A stretch of DNA of 32,000 bases from NCBI GenBank assembly GCA_963718915.1, contig CAVRAI010000006.1, positions 30,001-62,000 of the forward strand, written 5' to 3'. Position 1 is the first letter of the stretch. The number at the start of each line of letters is the position of its first letter. The stretch comes from an uncultured Chloroflexia bacterium (GTDB lineage Bacteria > Chloroflexota > Ktedonobacteria > Ktedonobacterales > JADMIN01). The notes under the pieces are model-generated. The model saw only the letters and a program-made list of their open reading frames with translations. It was not told the origin of the DNA and ran no database searches. Both the position numbers and the translations under genes were made by a program. Shown in pieces: positions 24,576-32,000 of this stretch.

Positions 24576-25682
24576 TCACGCGGGCGCGTTCCAGACGTGA
24601 ACAACGCCATCCAGGCTGGCTGAGGCGATTTTACTGCCGTCAGGCGACCACGCCACCGCGTGCAGCAGCCCGCCCGGCTGCCCTTTGATCTTTTCTTGCG
24701 AGACATGCCCGCGATAGGTGAAGACGGCCGTCCCATTCGTGGCATCCCAGACCTGCACCAGTTGATCCGCGCCACCAGAGGCGATATATTTGCCCTGGGG
24801 CGACCAGCTCACTGTCTCGACCGGCGCCTTGTGGCCAGTAAAGGTGGTGATAGTATTCGCCTGAATGGTATCCCATACCTGGGCTGTGCCGTCGCTGCTG
24901 GCCGAGACAACCTGCGTGCTGTCGGGTGACCACGCCACACTATTCACCGCCTGCGAGTGATTGCGATAGACGATGCTGTCGCCGCCGGTCACGGCGTTGA
25001 AAACGCGCGCCGTGTAATCGCCACTGCCGCTGGCGATCCGCGTGCCATCGGGGGACCAGCGAACCGTGAAGACAAAGCTGAGATAGCGGGTATAGGTGAA
25101 CAGCGTCGAGGCCGTCGATGCGCCCCAGATGGCCGTGGTGTGGTCGGCGCTGCCACTGGCGATCTTCGTGTTATCGGGCGACCAACTGACTGAGTTGACA
25201 TCGTTGGTATGGCCAGTATACGTCTGAATCATTTTGCCGGTCGGCGCGTCCCAGACCTGGGCGGTGTTATCAGCGCTGCCCGTCACCAGGAGCGTGCCAT
25301 TGGGCGCCCAGCCAACGTCCCACACCTCCTTGGTATGGCCCTTGTAGGTGAGCAGGGTCTCGCCCGTCGCGGCATTCCAGACCATGACGGTCTGATCGGT
25401 GCTGGCCGAGGCGATTTTTGTGCCGTCAGGCGACCAGGCGAGACCATTGACCGAGGCGCTGTGGCCTTTATAGACGAGGAGCGGCGAACCTGACGAGGGT
25501 ACCTTCGTCGCGGCGGGCGAGAAACCGGGAACCGCACAGCCCGCGACTCCCAGCGCCAGCGCGCCAGCGGCCAGCCCGCGCAGCATATCCCGCCGCGAGA
25601 TGCGCGCCGCCATTTTCCTCTCGCTTGCCGCACTCATCTCGCCCATCTCACTCGTACCATCCATCGCGCGCCCTATCTGCAT
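24576..25682 (-). CDS. WD40 beta-propeller protein with Tat-type signal and lipobox (exported lipoprotein)
   Basis: - SRRDMLRGLAAGALALGVAGC is a twin-arginine motif plus hydrophobic region plus an L-x-x-C lipobox.
- Seven repeats of GHxxxVxxVAWSPDGxxIASxSxDxTxxVW follow.
The true start is probably the ATG at 25613 (MAARISRRD). Confidence 0.85.
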   Translation of the reverse strand: MQIGRAMDGTSEMGEMSAASERKMAARISRRDMLRGLAAGALALGVAGCAVPGFSPAATKVPSSGSPLLVYKGHSASVNGLAWSPDGTKIASASTDQTVMVWNAATGETLLTYKGHTKEVWDVGWAPNGTLLVTGSADNTAQVWDAPTGKMIQTYTGHTNDVNSVSWSPDNTKIASGSADHTTAIWGASTASTLFTYTRYLSFVFTVRWSPDGTRIASGSGDYTARVFNAVTGGDSIVYRNHSQAVNSVAWSPDSTQVVSASSDGTAQVWDTIQANTITTFTGHKAPVETVSWSPQGKYIASGGADQLVQVWDATNGTAVFTYRGHVSQEKIKGQPGGLLHAVAWSPDGSKIASASLDGVVHVWNAPA

Positions 25683-25748
25683 GATCCTTCCTCGTCCGCT
25701 TTCCTGTCTTCGCTAGCGTGCTATCCCATACACGTACGTTCTACATCT

Positions 25749-27158
25749 TTATGGCGTTGGCGATTCAGTCGATATGGCGGTTGCCGTCGCCGTCGCCGTA
25801 GGGACGGGCGCGTGGGTGGCGGTCGGCCTTGGCGCGGGCGGCGAGGTCGGTTTGGGGGTCGCGGTCGGGAACGGCGTATTCAGCGGCCCAATGATAACAT
25901 GCGTTGGGGCCAGCGTCGCGGGTGGCTGGGTTGGCGTTGGCACGCCGGATTGCGCGGCGTTCGCCAGCAGCGCGCCCCCCACGCCGACGATACCGAGCAG
26001 CAGCAGAGCCGCGGCGAGCAGCAAGAGCACGAAGGGACGTCTGTTGGACGAGTCCGACTGTGAACGGACGCGGAACAGCCGCAGATCGGGCGTTGGTAGC
26101 GCGCCACTGCTCCCGCCTGACTCGTCAGCGGGCGCGGCCTCGGGCTGGGCCGGGAATTTCTCAGTGGCAACCTCGTCTATCGCCACCTCGTCGCCGATGA
26201 CGGGCGCATACTCCCCCAGCATGTGCGGCGTGAGCGGCATCGTGGTAAACGAGCGTCCGGGGATATGCGGCGCGTCGGGACGGACAGGCAGCGCCGCGTT
26301 GAGTCCGACGATGAATCGCTGCACCGTCGGCCAGCGCTCCGTGGGGTCACGCGCCAGCGCCCGCAGGATGGCGCGCTCCAGCAGCGGATTGATACCAGCG
26401 GCGTGCTGCGATGGTGGCGGGATCGGCGTGGTGAGCGCCTTCGCCGCGACATCATAGATCGTATTGCCGCTGTAGGGCGGTGTTCCGGTGAGCAGTTCAT
26501 AGAAGATGACGCCGAGCGCGTAGACATCGGCCCGCTGGTCGGCTGGCTGACCGCGCAGCTGTTCCGGCGCCATATAGGCTGGCGTGCCGATGAGCGAGGA
26601 GAGCGTGCCCAGCGAGCGGCGTTCCACGCTCTCTGGCGAGAGGTCGCGCCCGACGCCGAAATCGCTGACGAAGCCCTGCCCAGCTACGTTCAGCAGCACG
26701 TTCTCCGGCTTGAGGTCGCGATGGATGATGTTCGCCGCGTGCGCCGCCGCCAGCCCGGTCGCGACCTGTCGCAGCAGCGTCACGGCCCGATAGAGCGGCA
26801 GATAGCCCGTGCGCAGGAGAATCGAGCGCAGCGATTCGTACATCAGCGGCATCGAGAGGTAGAGCAGTTTGCCTTCCTGCCCGAAGCCATGGATTGGCAG
26901 GATATAGTCCGCCTTGAGGAGCCGGACGCGCGAGGCGATGTCGTGCATTGCGCCCATGTAGGCGATATTGGCGGCGACGCCCGGCATGAAGATTTTGAGC
27001 GCGACGGGCTGCGGTATCGCGGGATGCTGCGCCTGGTAGACCTCGGCAAGCTGGCCAGCGCCAACCAGCCCACCAAGCTGATACGCGCCAACGCGGCTCC
27101 CCGCGAGCGTCCCTTCGCCCTCTGCCATACCGTTCCCCACCCTGCTCTCCGCCAGCAT
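25749..27158 (-). CDS. Hanks-type Ser/Thr protein kinase with C-terminal TM helix and Pro/Thr-rich extracytoplasmic tail
   Basis: GAGQLAEVY...ALKIF, HRDLKPENVLL, DFG, GTPAYMAPE, then FVLLLLAAALLLLGIVGVGGALL (TM helix) and a PTPTQPPATLAPT...TATATATA tail. Confidence 0.9.
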   Translation of the reverse strand: MLAESRVGNGMAEGEGTLAGSRVGAYQLGGLVGAGQLAEVYQAQHPAIPQPVALKIFMPGVAANIAYMGAMHDIASRVRLLKADYILPIHGFGQEGKLLYLSMPLMYESLRSILLRTGYLPLYRAVTLLRQVATGLAAAHAANIIHRDLKPENVLLNVAGQGFVSDFGVGRDLSPESVERRSLGTLSSLIGTPAYMAPEQLRGQPADQRADVYALGVIFYELLTGTPPYSGNTIYDVAAKALTTPIPPPSQHAAGINPLLERAILRALARDPTERWPTVQRFIVGLNAALPVRPDAPHIPGRSFTTMPLTPHMLGEYAPVIGDEVAIDEVATEKFPAQPEAAPADESGGSSGALPTPDLRLFRVRSQSDSSNRRPFVLLLLAAALLLLGIVGVGGALLANAAQSGVPTPTQPPATLAPTHVIIGPLNTPFPTATPKPTSPPAPRPTATHAPVPTATATATAISTESPTP

Positions 27159-27254
27159 ATCCGCTCTGCGGTGCGCGGTCTTGTGTGCTGGCCGAGATAT
27201 TGTAAAGGTCTGGCTGGCGATATGTCAATCAGGCAGGTACCTTGCCGATAGGAG

Positions 27255-28184
27255 TCAGCGCTGGTTGAGCAGGTCGAGGATCGGCAGGAAGCGCTCGAAG
27301 CCGACCATCCCTTCCGGCTCGATGACCAGAATCAGGTGTTGCGCGCCGACCTCGATGAAGCCGCGCAGGCGGTCCGCGATCTCCTGGTTCGTACCGGTAA
27401 GCTGGTAGGGCTTGCCCTCCGCTGGCTGGCCATCCGGCCCCAGCTTCAGTATCGCGCCCGCCGTCATTTCCAGCGTGGCGGGGTCGCGCCTCTCTTCCTC
27501 ACAGGCCTGACGCATCCCTGCCAGACGCTCGGCCACCACCGCTGGCTGGGTGTGCCAGGCGGTATTCCAGGCGTCGGCATAGCGCGCCACCAGCCGCAAC
27601 ATGCGCGGGCGTCGCGCCCCAATCAAGATAGGCGGCCCTTTGGGCGAGGGGCCGCGCGGACGCAGCACCGCGTCGCTGGCGGTGTAGTATTCGCCCGAAA
27701 AGTCCACCTTGCCCTCATGCAGCAGCGGCACGATGATCTGCAAGGCCTCCTCGAAGCGGCTCGCCAGGTGCTCGAAGGGGTAGCCAAAGGCGGTGTATTC
27801 TGGCTCGTGCCAGCCAGCGCCCAGCCCCAGGATGAAGCGGCCGTTGCTGATCTCGTCGATGCTATCGGCCATTTTGGCGGTTAGCGCGGGATTGCGGAAG
27901 GAGGTCGCCGCGACCATCGGGCCAAGCTGTATGCGCGAGGTGACGGCGGCGAGGGCGCTGAGAAACGTGAGCGATTCCCATTGGCCGACTTCGCCTTCTT
28001 CGGGCATGCGGGCGATAAAATGGTCCGCCACCCAGAACGAGTCGATCCCTGCCGCTTCGGCTGCCAGGGCCAGCGCGCGCACATCGCTGAAGCGCGGCGT
28101 CGTGCCCTCGGCTGGCATGTCATCCAGCGACGCCAGATAGCCAACTTTGAATGTTCTGCCTGAGGTCGCCGTCTGCTCTGCCAT
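27255..28184 (-). CDS. LLM-class (luciferase-like) flavin/F420-dependent oxidoreductase
   Basis: GIDSFWVADHF...LESLTFLSALAAVTSRIQLGPMVAATSFRNPALTAKMADSIDEISNGRFILGLGAGW..EY.AFGYPF is the typical LLM core. RBS GGGAGAA lies inside the end of the preceding gene, with only 5 nt between its stop and this ATG. Confidence 0.85.
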   Translation of the reverse strand: MAEQTATSGRTFKVGYLASLDDMPAEGTTPRFSDVRALALAAEAAGIDSFWVADHFIARMPEEGEVGQWESLTFLSALAAVTSRIQLGPMVAATSFRNPALTAKMADSIDEISNGRFILGLGAGWHEPEYTAFGYPFEHLASRFEEALQIIVPLLHEGKVDFSGEYYTASDAVLRPRGPSPKGPPILIGARRPRMLRLVARYADAWNTAWHTQPAVVAERLAGMRQACEEERRDPATLEMTAGAILKLGPDGQPAEGKPYQLTGTNQEIADRLRGFIEVGAQHLILVIEPEGMVGFERFLPILDLLNQR

Positions 28185-28189
28185 GTGCG

Positions 28190-28417
28190 CTATTCTCCCT
28201 GGTGTGCCATACCCGCCGGGCCAGCCTGCTCATCGTCATCCGCGTCGGCGCGTAGATGCTCGAACGGTGTGTGGCAGGCGCGGCAATAATACTGATCGGT
28301 TAAGAGCTGCGAGCCAAAGAGCGCCAGTAGCTCGACCTCCACCGAGCCGCAGAAGGGACAGCTCACCGCTGGCTCTGAGACGCCCGATGGCTGCTCTTGC
28401 TCTTCATGACGCTTCAT
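28190..28417 (-). CDS. stand-alone PaaD-type zinc-ribbon protein (C-terminal half of canonical PaaD)
   Basis: MKRHEEQEQPSGVSEPAVSCPFCGSVEVELLALFGSQLLTDQYYCRACHTPFEHL matches the CPxCGS...E.GST.....Y.C..C..PF pattern of the PaaD C-terminus. ATGA overlap with the paaC stop (28414-28417). Confidence 0.6.
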   Translation of the reverse strand: MKRHEEQEQPSGVSEPAVSCPFCGSVEVELLALFGSQLLTDQYYCRACHTPFEHLRADADDDEQAGPAGMAHQGE

Positions 28418-29235
28418 ACCCGCGACTCTTTTCGTCGTTGCTTGCTCTTGCCCGTTTTGGCAGGCGCAAGCTGGTAAGTCACGGCGTCCCAGCGATCCCA
28501 GGGCAGCGGCTCGGTGAGTTCCCAATGTTTGCCGACACGGCGTAGCGGCAGATCGAAGTCGACCGCGCCGAGCATCGGGCCGATCACCGCCAGGAAGCGC
28601 GCGCGTAGCTCGTCGGTGGTCGCATCGAGCACGCCCGCCGCCTTCAAGGGATCGCTGGCGCCGGACGAGTCTGCTGGGCCAAACCAGCAGAACACCTCAT
28701 CCCAGACACGACGAAGCGCCTGCCGCTGAGACTCGCGCGCCGCGCCACCCTCGCGCGCCATCCGCCGCACCCAGCCCTCGCCGTGCTGCGCGTGCATCCG
28801 CTCTTCCTGCAAGACTTTGCGGCTGCGGCCCGCCAGCGGCTCGAAGCTGGAGTCTTTGCCCGCCTCGAAGACGACAGTGAGCGCGTTGTCAATCATGACG
28901 TTGGCGGCGACGAAATCTTCCCAGCCGCCGAACGGCTCGCTCAGGCAGGCGAGCGCGGTAAACGCGGTGCGCGTCTCCGGGTCGGTCTCGGCGCCAGCCT
29001 CAGGGGCGAGCGTCTTCAGCACGGGGTAGATGGCGCGCGCATGGCCCAACTCATCCTGCGCCATAGCTGCCGCCGCCACGCTCGATTCCAGCGTTGGCGC
29101 GCTACTGCACCACTCGGCGTAGCGTCTGCCCAGGAAGTATTTGTTATCGGCCAGCCGCGCCATTAGGGCGAAGATCGCCTCGGTGGGCGCCTGTGTCGCT
29201 TGTGTTGTCTCGCTCATGGATGTCTCCCGCTTCAT
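28414..29235 (-). CDS. paaC: 1,2-phenylacetyl-CoA epoxidase subunit C-like protein
   Basis: LADNKYFLGRRYAEWCSSAPTLESSVAAAAMAQDELGHAR...LQEERMHAQHGEGW is the PaaC/PaaI ferritin-like pattern. The alternative ATG at 29217 (MSETTQ) has a GGGAGA RBS 6 nt upstream. Confidence 0.8.
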   Translation of the reverse strand: MKRETSMSETTQATQAPTEAIFALMARLADNKYFLGRRYAEWCSSAPTLESSVAAAAMAQDELGHARAIYPVLKTLAPEAGAETDPETRTAFTALACLSEPFGGWEDFVAANVMIDNALTVVFEAGKDSSFEPLAGRSRKVLQEERMHAQHGEGWVRRMAREGGAARESQRQALRRVWDEVFCWFGPADSSGASDPLKAAGVLDATTDELRARFLAVIGPMLGAVDFDLPLRRVGKHWELTEPLPWDRWDAVTYQLAPAKTGKSKQRRKESRV

Positions 29236-29243
29236 TAAGACGG

Positions 29244-29416
29244 CTGGCGACTAAAGTCGCGCCTGAAGGGCCTCGCTCCGCTCCGCCACAAAACCCGCCT
29301 GCGCGGGTTTCAATAACCCTGATGCGACCGGCTATACTGCTGAGATACAGTCCTGGGGAGTCCGCGCAGGCGGACTTCGTGGCCGCAGGCCCTTCAGGCG
29401 CGACTTTAGTCGCCAG
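29244..29416. mobile_element. 173-nt MITE-like element with perfect 29-bp terminal inverted repeats (family B), inserted between paaB and paaC
   Basis: - 29244-29272 (CTGGCGACTAAAGTCGCGCCTGAAGGGCC) is the exact reverse complement of 29388-29416.
- The interior holds two further hairpins: AAACCCGC-ctgc-GCGGGTTT and AGTCCGC-gcag-GCGGACT.
- The left arm plus first hairpin (29258-29310) recurs at 31212-31264.
No coding capacity. Confidence 0.6.
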
Positions 29417-29424
29417 TCGTCCCC

Positions 29425-29703
29425 TCACGACGCGATGACCGTCACCAGCGCATCGCGCGGGATGACCACCATCTCGATCCAGGCGAACTCGTCGTAGATG
29501 CTGCGGGCGTAGACGCGCGCCAGCTCGGGATCATCCGCCTCGACGGTGCCCACCTGTTGCAGCGGCTTCTCATACTCGCGCCGCGCCAGCACCAGCCAGA
29601 CCCGGTCCGCCATTACGTGACGATGGGTGACGCTCTTGCCCTCCAGCGCATCGGGCTGTGTCGCGGGGTCGTCCAGCGCGTCATATTCGGAGACATAGCT
29701 CAT
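29425..29703 (-). CDS. paaB: 1,2-phenylacetyl-CoA epoxidase subunit B-like protein
   Basis: 92 aa. RVWLVLARREYEKPLQQVGTVEADDPELARVYARSIYDEFAWIEMVVIPRDAL follows the PaaB pattern (W.vf.R......h.hVGs.hA.D.e.A...AR..Y.rR.e....WVv). ATGA overlap with the upstream gene. Confidence 0.8.
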   Translation of the reverse strand: MSYVSEYDALDDPATQPDALEGKSVTHRHVMADRVWLVLARREYEKPLQQVGTVEADDPELARVYARSIYDEFAWIEMVVIPRDALVTVIAS

Positions 29704-30023
29704 AGCGCAACCCCCTGTAGCATCAGCGCGTCGCGTCCCTCGGCGCTGAGTCGGCTCTTCGTCCAGACCGGCAGCCAGACCGTCTCGATCTCCACGTCGG
29801 TGACGCCGGGCAGCGCCAGCAGCGCCGCGCGCACGTCCTCTTCGATCATCTGCATCGCCGGGCAGCCCATCGCGGTATAGGTCAGCGTGATATGCGCCGT
29901 CTCGTCCACACGCTCCGCCGCGACGACCAGCCCCATATCGACGATGGAGATAGCCATCTCCGGGTCGGGCACGCCGCGCAGGGCGTCCCAGAGCGCGTCA
30001 TGGGGATATTCGGCGGCCATCAT
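29700..30023 (-). CDS. paaD: DUF59 / MIP18-family protein (N-terminal half of canonical PaaD)
   Basis: LRGVPDPEMAISIVDMGLVVAAERVDETAHITLTYTAMGCPAMQMIEEDVRAALLALPGVTDVEIETVWLPVWTKSRLSAEGRDAL is the DUF59/PaaD core. Its start overlaps the paaA stop (TGATG). Confidence 0.75.
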   Translation of the reverse strand: MMAAEYPHDALWDALRGVPDPEMAISIVDMGLVVAAERVDETAHITLTYTAMGCPAMQMIEEDVRAALLALPGVTDVEIETVWLPVWTKSRLSAEGRDALMLQGVAL

Positions 30024-30973
30024 CAGGCCACCTCCTCACCCAGCAGCCGCGCCAGCCCCTTGTTGCCACGCTGGAGGGTCGCGACAAATTCCTCGTTCTT
30101 GGGGCCGCGCTTCTTCCAGCGCTTCATGACTTCATCCCAGGTGATTTGTCCATCTTCGAGCAGCCAGCGCTTCTCGCGTTCGTCGAAGGTCGCCGGGAAG
30201 GCGCAGTCAACCACCCACGTCTGGCTGGCGTCGTCGAAGTGCGCCGGAACGTCGAAGCCAAGCTCCTGGCAGAAGGGAACGGCGGTGCTCATCCACTGCT
30301 GGCGTAGCTGGTCGTTGCTCTTGCCCTTGAAGCCGAAATCAAGCTGCTCGGTGTGCTTCTTGAGGTCGTCTGGCAGGCCAAACCACTCGACGGTCAGCAG
30401 GAACATCCAGTTGATCGCGTTCTGCAGCGTCTCGTGGTCGGCGGTGTTGGGCGCGAGCTTGCGCATCCACTGCTCGCCGTGGCGCAGGTGGAACGTCTCT
30501 TCTTTATCTACTTTGATGAGCGCGCGCTTCCACGGGCCGAAGGTCGTGCTGCTATAGACATCGCTGAGGAGGATGTAGCCTGCGCGGTCGTAGAAGGCAT
30601 TGGCGACGATCAGCTCATACCAGCTATCCAGCGGCACGTCGAAGGCATAGGGATATTTCCACTTGACGGGTTCGCGCCGGTAGATCAGCTCCTCGGTGTC
30701 CACGCCGAGGTCGCGCAGCAGGCGGTAGGCGATGTGGGCGTGGCCCAGCTCATCCTGGATGATGGCGATGGCCGAGCCGAAGGTGTTGATGTTGGGGGCG
30801 CCGCGCGCGGCGTAGAGGTAGGCGGGCGCGCTGACAAGCTCGGTATCGGCTGAGACGGTGAGGATGCGTTTCATGCCTTCGAGATACGCCGGACTCATAT
30901 GCTCGACGCCCTCGATTAGTCGCTGTTCGTGGATCCGCTCCAGCACGGCGGAATCGGTCAGTAAGGCGTCCAT
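30023..30973 (-). CDS. paaA: 1,2-phenylacetyl-CoA epoxidase catalytic subunit A-like diiron protein
   Basis: IIQDELGHAHIAYRLLRDLG, ANAFYDRAGY, KVDKEETFHLRHGEQWM, ...RWKKRGPKNEEFVATLQRG are diiron ligand motifs and the C-terminus typical of PaaA. 316 aa. Confidence 0.9.
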   Translation of the reverse strand: MDALLTDSAVLERIHEQRLIEGVEHMSPAYLEGMKRILTVSADTELVSAPAYLYAARGAPNINTFGSAIAIIQDELGHAHIAYRLLRDLGVDTEELIYRREPVKWKYPYAFDVPLDSWYELIVANAFYDRAGYILLSDVYSSTTFGPWKRALIKVDKEETFHLRHGEQWMRKLAPNTADHETLQNAINWMFLLTVEWFGLPDDLKKHTEQLDFGFKGKSNDQLRQQWMSTAVPFCQELGFDVPAHFDDASQTWVVDCAFPATFDEREKRWLLEDGQITWDEVMKRWKKRGPKNEEFVATLQRGNKGLARLLGEEVA

Positions 30974-31211
30974 CGGGCCTCCTTAGTCTGCATTCAGCTT
31001 CAGCGCCAGGGATTCTCTACACCGGACATACGGAAACATACGCACAGCGCACGCGCGTATTCAAGGCCATCGCAAAGGGGTGCATATCTCCATTTGGATA
31101 TAGGGTATCTTACGCGGGCGGGGGTAGTGTGTCAAGGAGCGGAGGAGGCACACGAGCGTTATTTTATGGTAATGGGCACGTGCCCGGCGCGCATGCGCGG
31201 GCGGTTAAAAC

Positions 31212-31264
31212 CGCGCCTGAAGGGCCTCGCTGCGCGCCGCCACAAAACCCGCCTGCGCGGGTTT
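31212..31264. repeat. family-B repeat copy (half-element)
   Basis: CGCGCCTGAAGGGCCTCGCTgCGCgCCGCCACAAAACCCGCCTGCGCGGGTTT matches 29258-29310 with 3 mismatches in 53 nt. It contains the AAACCCGC/GCGGGTTT hairpin. Confidence 0.7.
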
Positions 31265-31336
31265 GCAGAGATGTGGGCCAAAGGCTGCGACAAAGGGCGT
31301 GTTTCGTGCTGGATGAGCGCGCCGTAGGCTGAAGGC

Positions 31337-31393
31337 ACCGGCGAATGGGGCCGGGAAATTCGCCGTAGCGTTTACGCTCCGGCCTGCTCACCC
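31337..31393. repeat. family-A repeat copy (diverged)
   Basis: CACCGGCGAATGGGGCCGGGAAATTCGCCGTAGCGTTTACGCTCCGGCCTGCTCACC aligns with 13141-13197 at roughly 85% identity. It is preceded by GCCGTAGGCTGAAG (31321-31334), which also occurs at 12847-12860. Confidence 0.6.
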
Positions 31394-31450
31394 CACTGCA
31401 AAGTCCGTGTCCGTCGCACATGCTAAAACTACATCAGTCGCCCGCCGCGC

Positions 31451-32000
31451 TATCCCCTCCACCCCAAATCCTTCGCGCGCATCTCCGCTGCATCAGCCTC
31501 GGCGGTACGCCCCAGTTTGCGCAGGCTAGATAGCCTTTGTTATTCCAGACATGCAGCGAGCGTTCGGGTCGAGGGCCAGCGCCTGGTCATAGGCAACCAG
31601 CGCCTCCTCGTAGCACTTGAGACTGACGAGCGCGGTGCCCTTGTTGTTCCAGGCGGCGTCATTGTTCGAGTCAAGTGCAATGGCCTGCTCACAGGCCGTC
31701 AGCGCCTCATTGTAACGCCCCAGGTTGGCGAGCGCGGCACTCCTATTATTCCAGGCGAAACTGTAGCTTGGGTCGAGCGCCAGTGCCCGGTCGCTGGCTG
31801 CCAATGCCTCCTGATAGCGACCCAGATCGTGCGAGAGCGGCGCCCTTCCTGCTCCAGATCCACGCCTGCTTGTCGTCAAGCGCGAGGGCGCGGACGCTGG
31901 CGTCCAGTGCCTCGGTAAATCGGCTCGAGTTGTAAGAGTGCGTCAGCACGATTGGCCCATGCCTCGAACGAGTCAGGGGCAAGCTGGGCGGCGCGCTCGA
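31451..32000 (-). pseudogene. TPR-repeat gene with several frame changes, continues beyond the window end
   Basis: TPR-like translation is recoverable only by hopping frames:
- ERAAQLAPDSFEAWANRADALLQL
- SRFTEALDASVRALALDDKQAWIWSRKG
- LSHDLGRYQEALAASDRALALDPSYSFAWNNRSAALANLGRYNEALTACEQAIALDSNNDAAWNNKGTALVSLKCYEEALVAYDQALALDPN
- HVWNNKGY
- SLRKLGRTAEADAAEMRAKDLGWRG*
The final TAG is at 31451-31453. Confidence 0.6.

Noticed and set aside
25774-27251. Long plus-strand ORFs (227 aa at 25774..26457 and 342 aa at 26223..27251) opposite the kinase gene
   Set aside because: They are R/A/G-rich, low-complexity translations typical of antisense shadow ORFs in high-GC DNA. The minus strand carries unambiguous Hanks kinase motifs.

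Overview
High-GC (about 63-67% in housekeeping parts, by hand counts) bacterial chromosomal window. The gene content is consistent with a Chloroflexota/Ktedonobacteria-like genome: many TPR, WD40 and Ser/Thr-kinase proteins, an LLM-class oxidoreductase, and a Bacillus-type long SRP RNA. That taxonomic guess is inference only.

Layout:
- 1-3.4 kb: a plus-strand cluster of glycan-binding, phage-tail-fibre-like genes (LamG domain, CBM-like domain) whose protein signal hops between reading frames.
- 3.5-6.1 kb, minus strand: a small hypothetical gene and dnaX. The tau-type C-terminal region of dnaX is a separate ORF behind an in-frame TGA.
- 6.38-6.65 kb, minus strand: a long (Alu-domain) SRP RNA with a canonical TTGACT-17-TACAAT promoter.
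- 6.8-10.2 kb: an HTH gene, then a MarR / ABC ATPase / ABC-2 permease efflux operon.
- 10.5-12.7 kb: a Lon-like (S16, COG1067-type) protease.
- 12.8-22.8 kb: a lower-GC segment rich in short palindromic interspersed repeats. It carries DUF2252, a cupin plus a duplicated cupin 3' fragment, a two-gene module, and a very low-GC 600-aa polytopic membrane protein. The two-gene module is a TPR / ~9-TM / PA-IL(LecA)-like lectin protein followed 44 nt later by a TIR-TPR protein. This module is my best candidate for an undescribed conflict or surface-sensing system.
- 22.8-27.2 kb, minus strand: class-V aminotransferase, GNAT, a Tat-signal lipoprotein WD40 propeller, and a Hanks Ser/Thr kinase.
- 27.3-31.0 kb, minus strand: an atypical paa-like diiron oxygenase operon, ordered paaA, DUF59 half of paaD, paaB, paaC, Zn-ribbon half of paaD, LLM oxidoreductase. 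No paaE is visible, and a 173-nt MITE-like element sits between paaB and paaC.
- 31.45-32.0 kb: a frame-disrupted TPR pseudogene running off the window.

No tRNA, rRNA, CRISPR array, transposase or integrase was recognised. All domain calls are by-eye motif recognition, not database searches.
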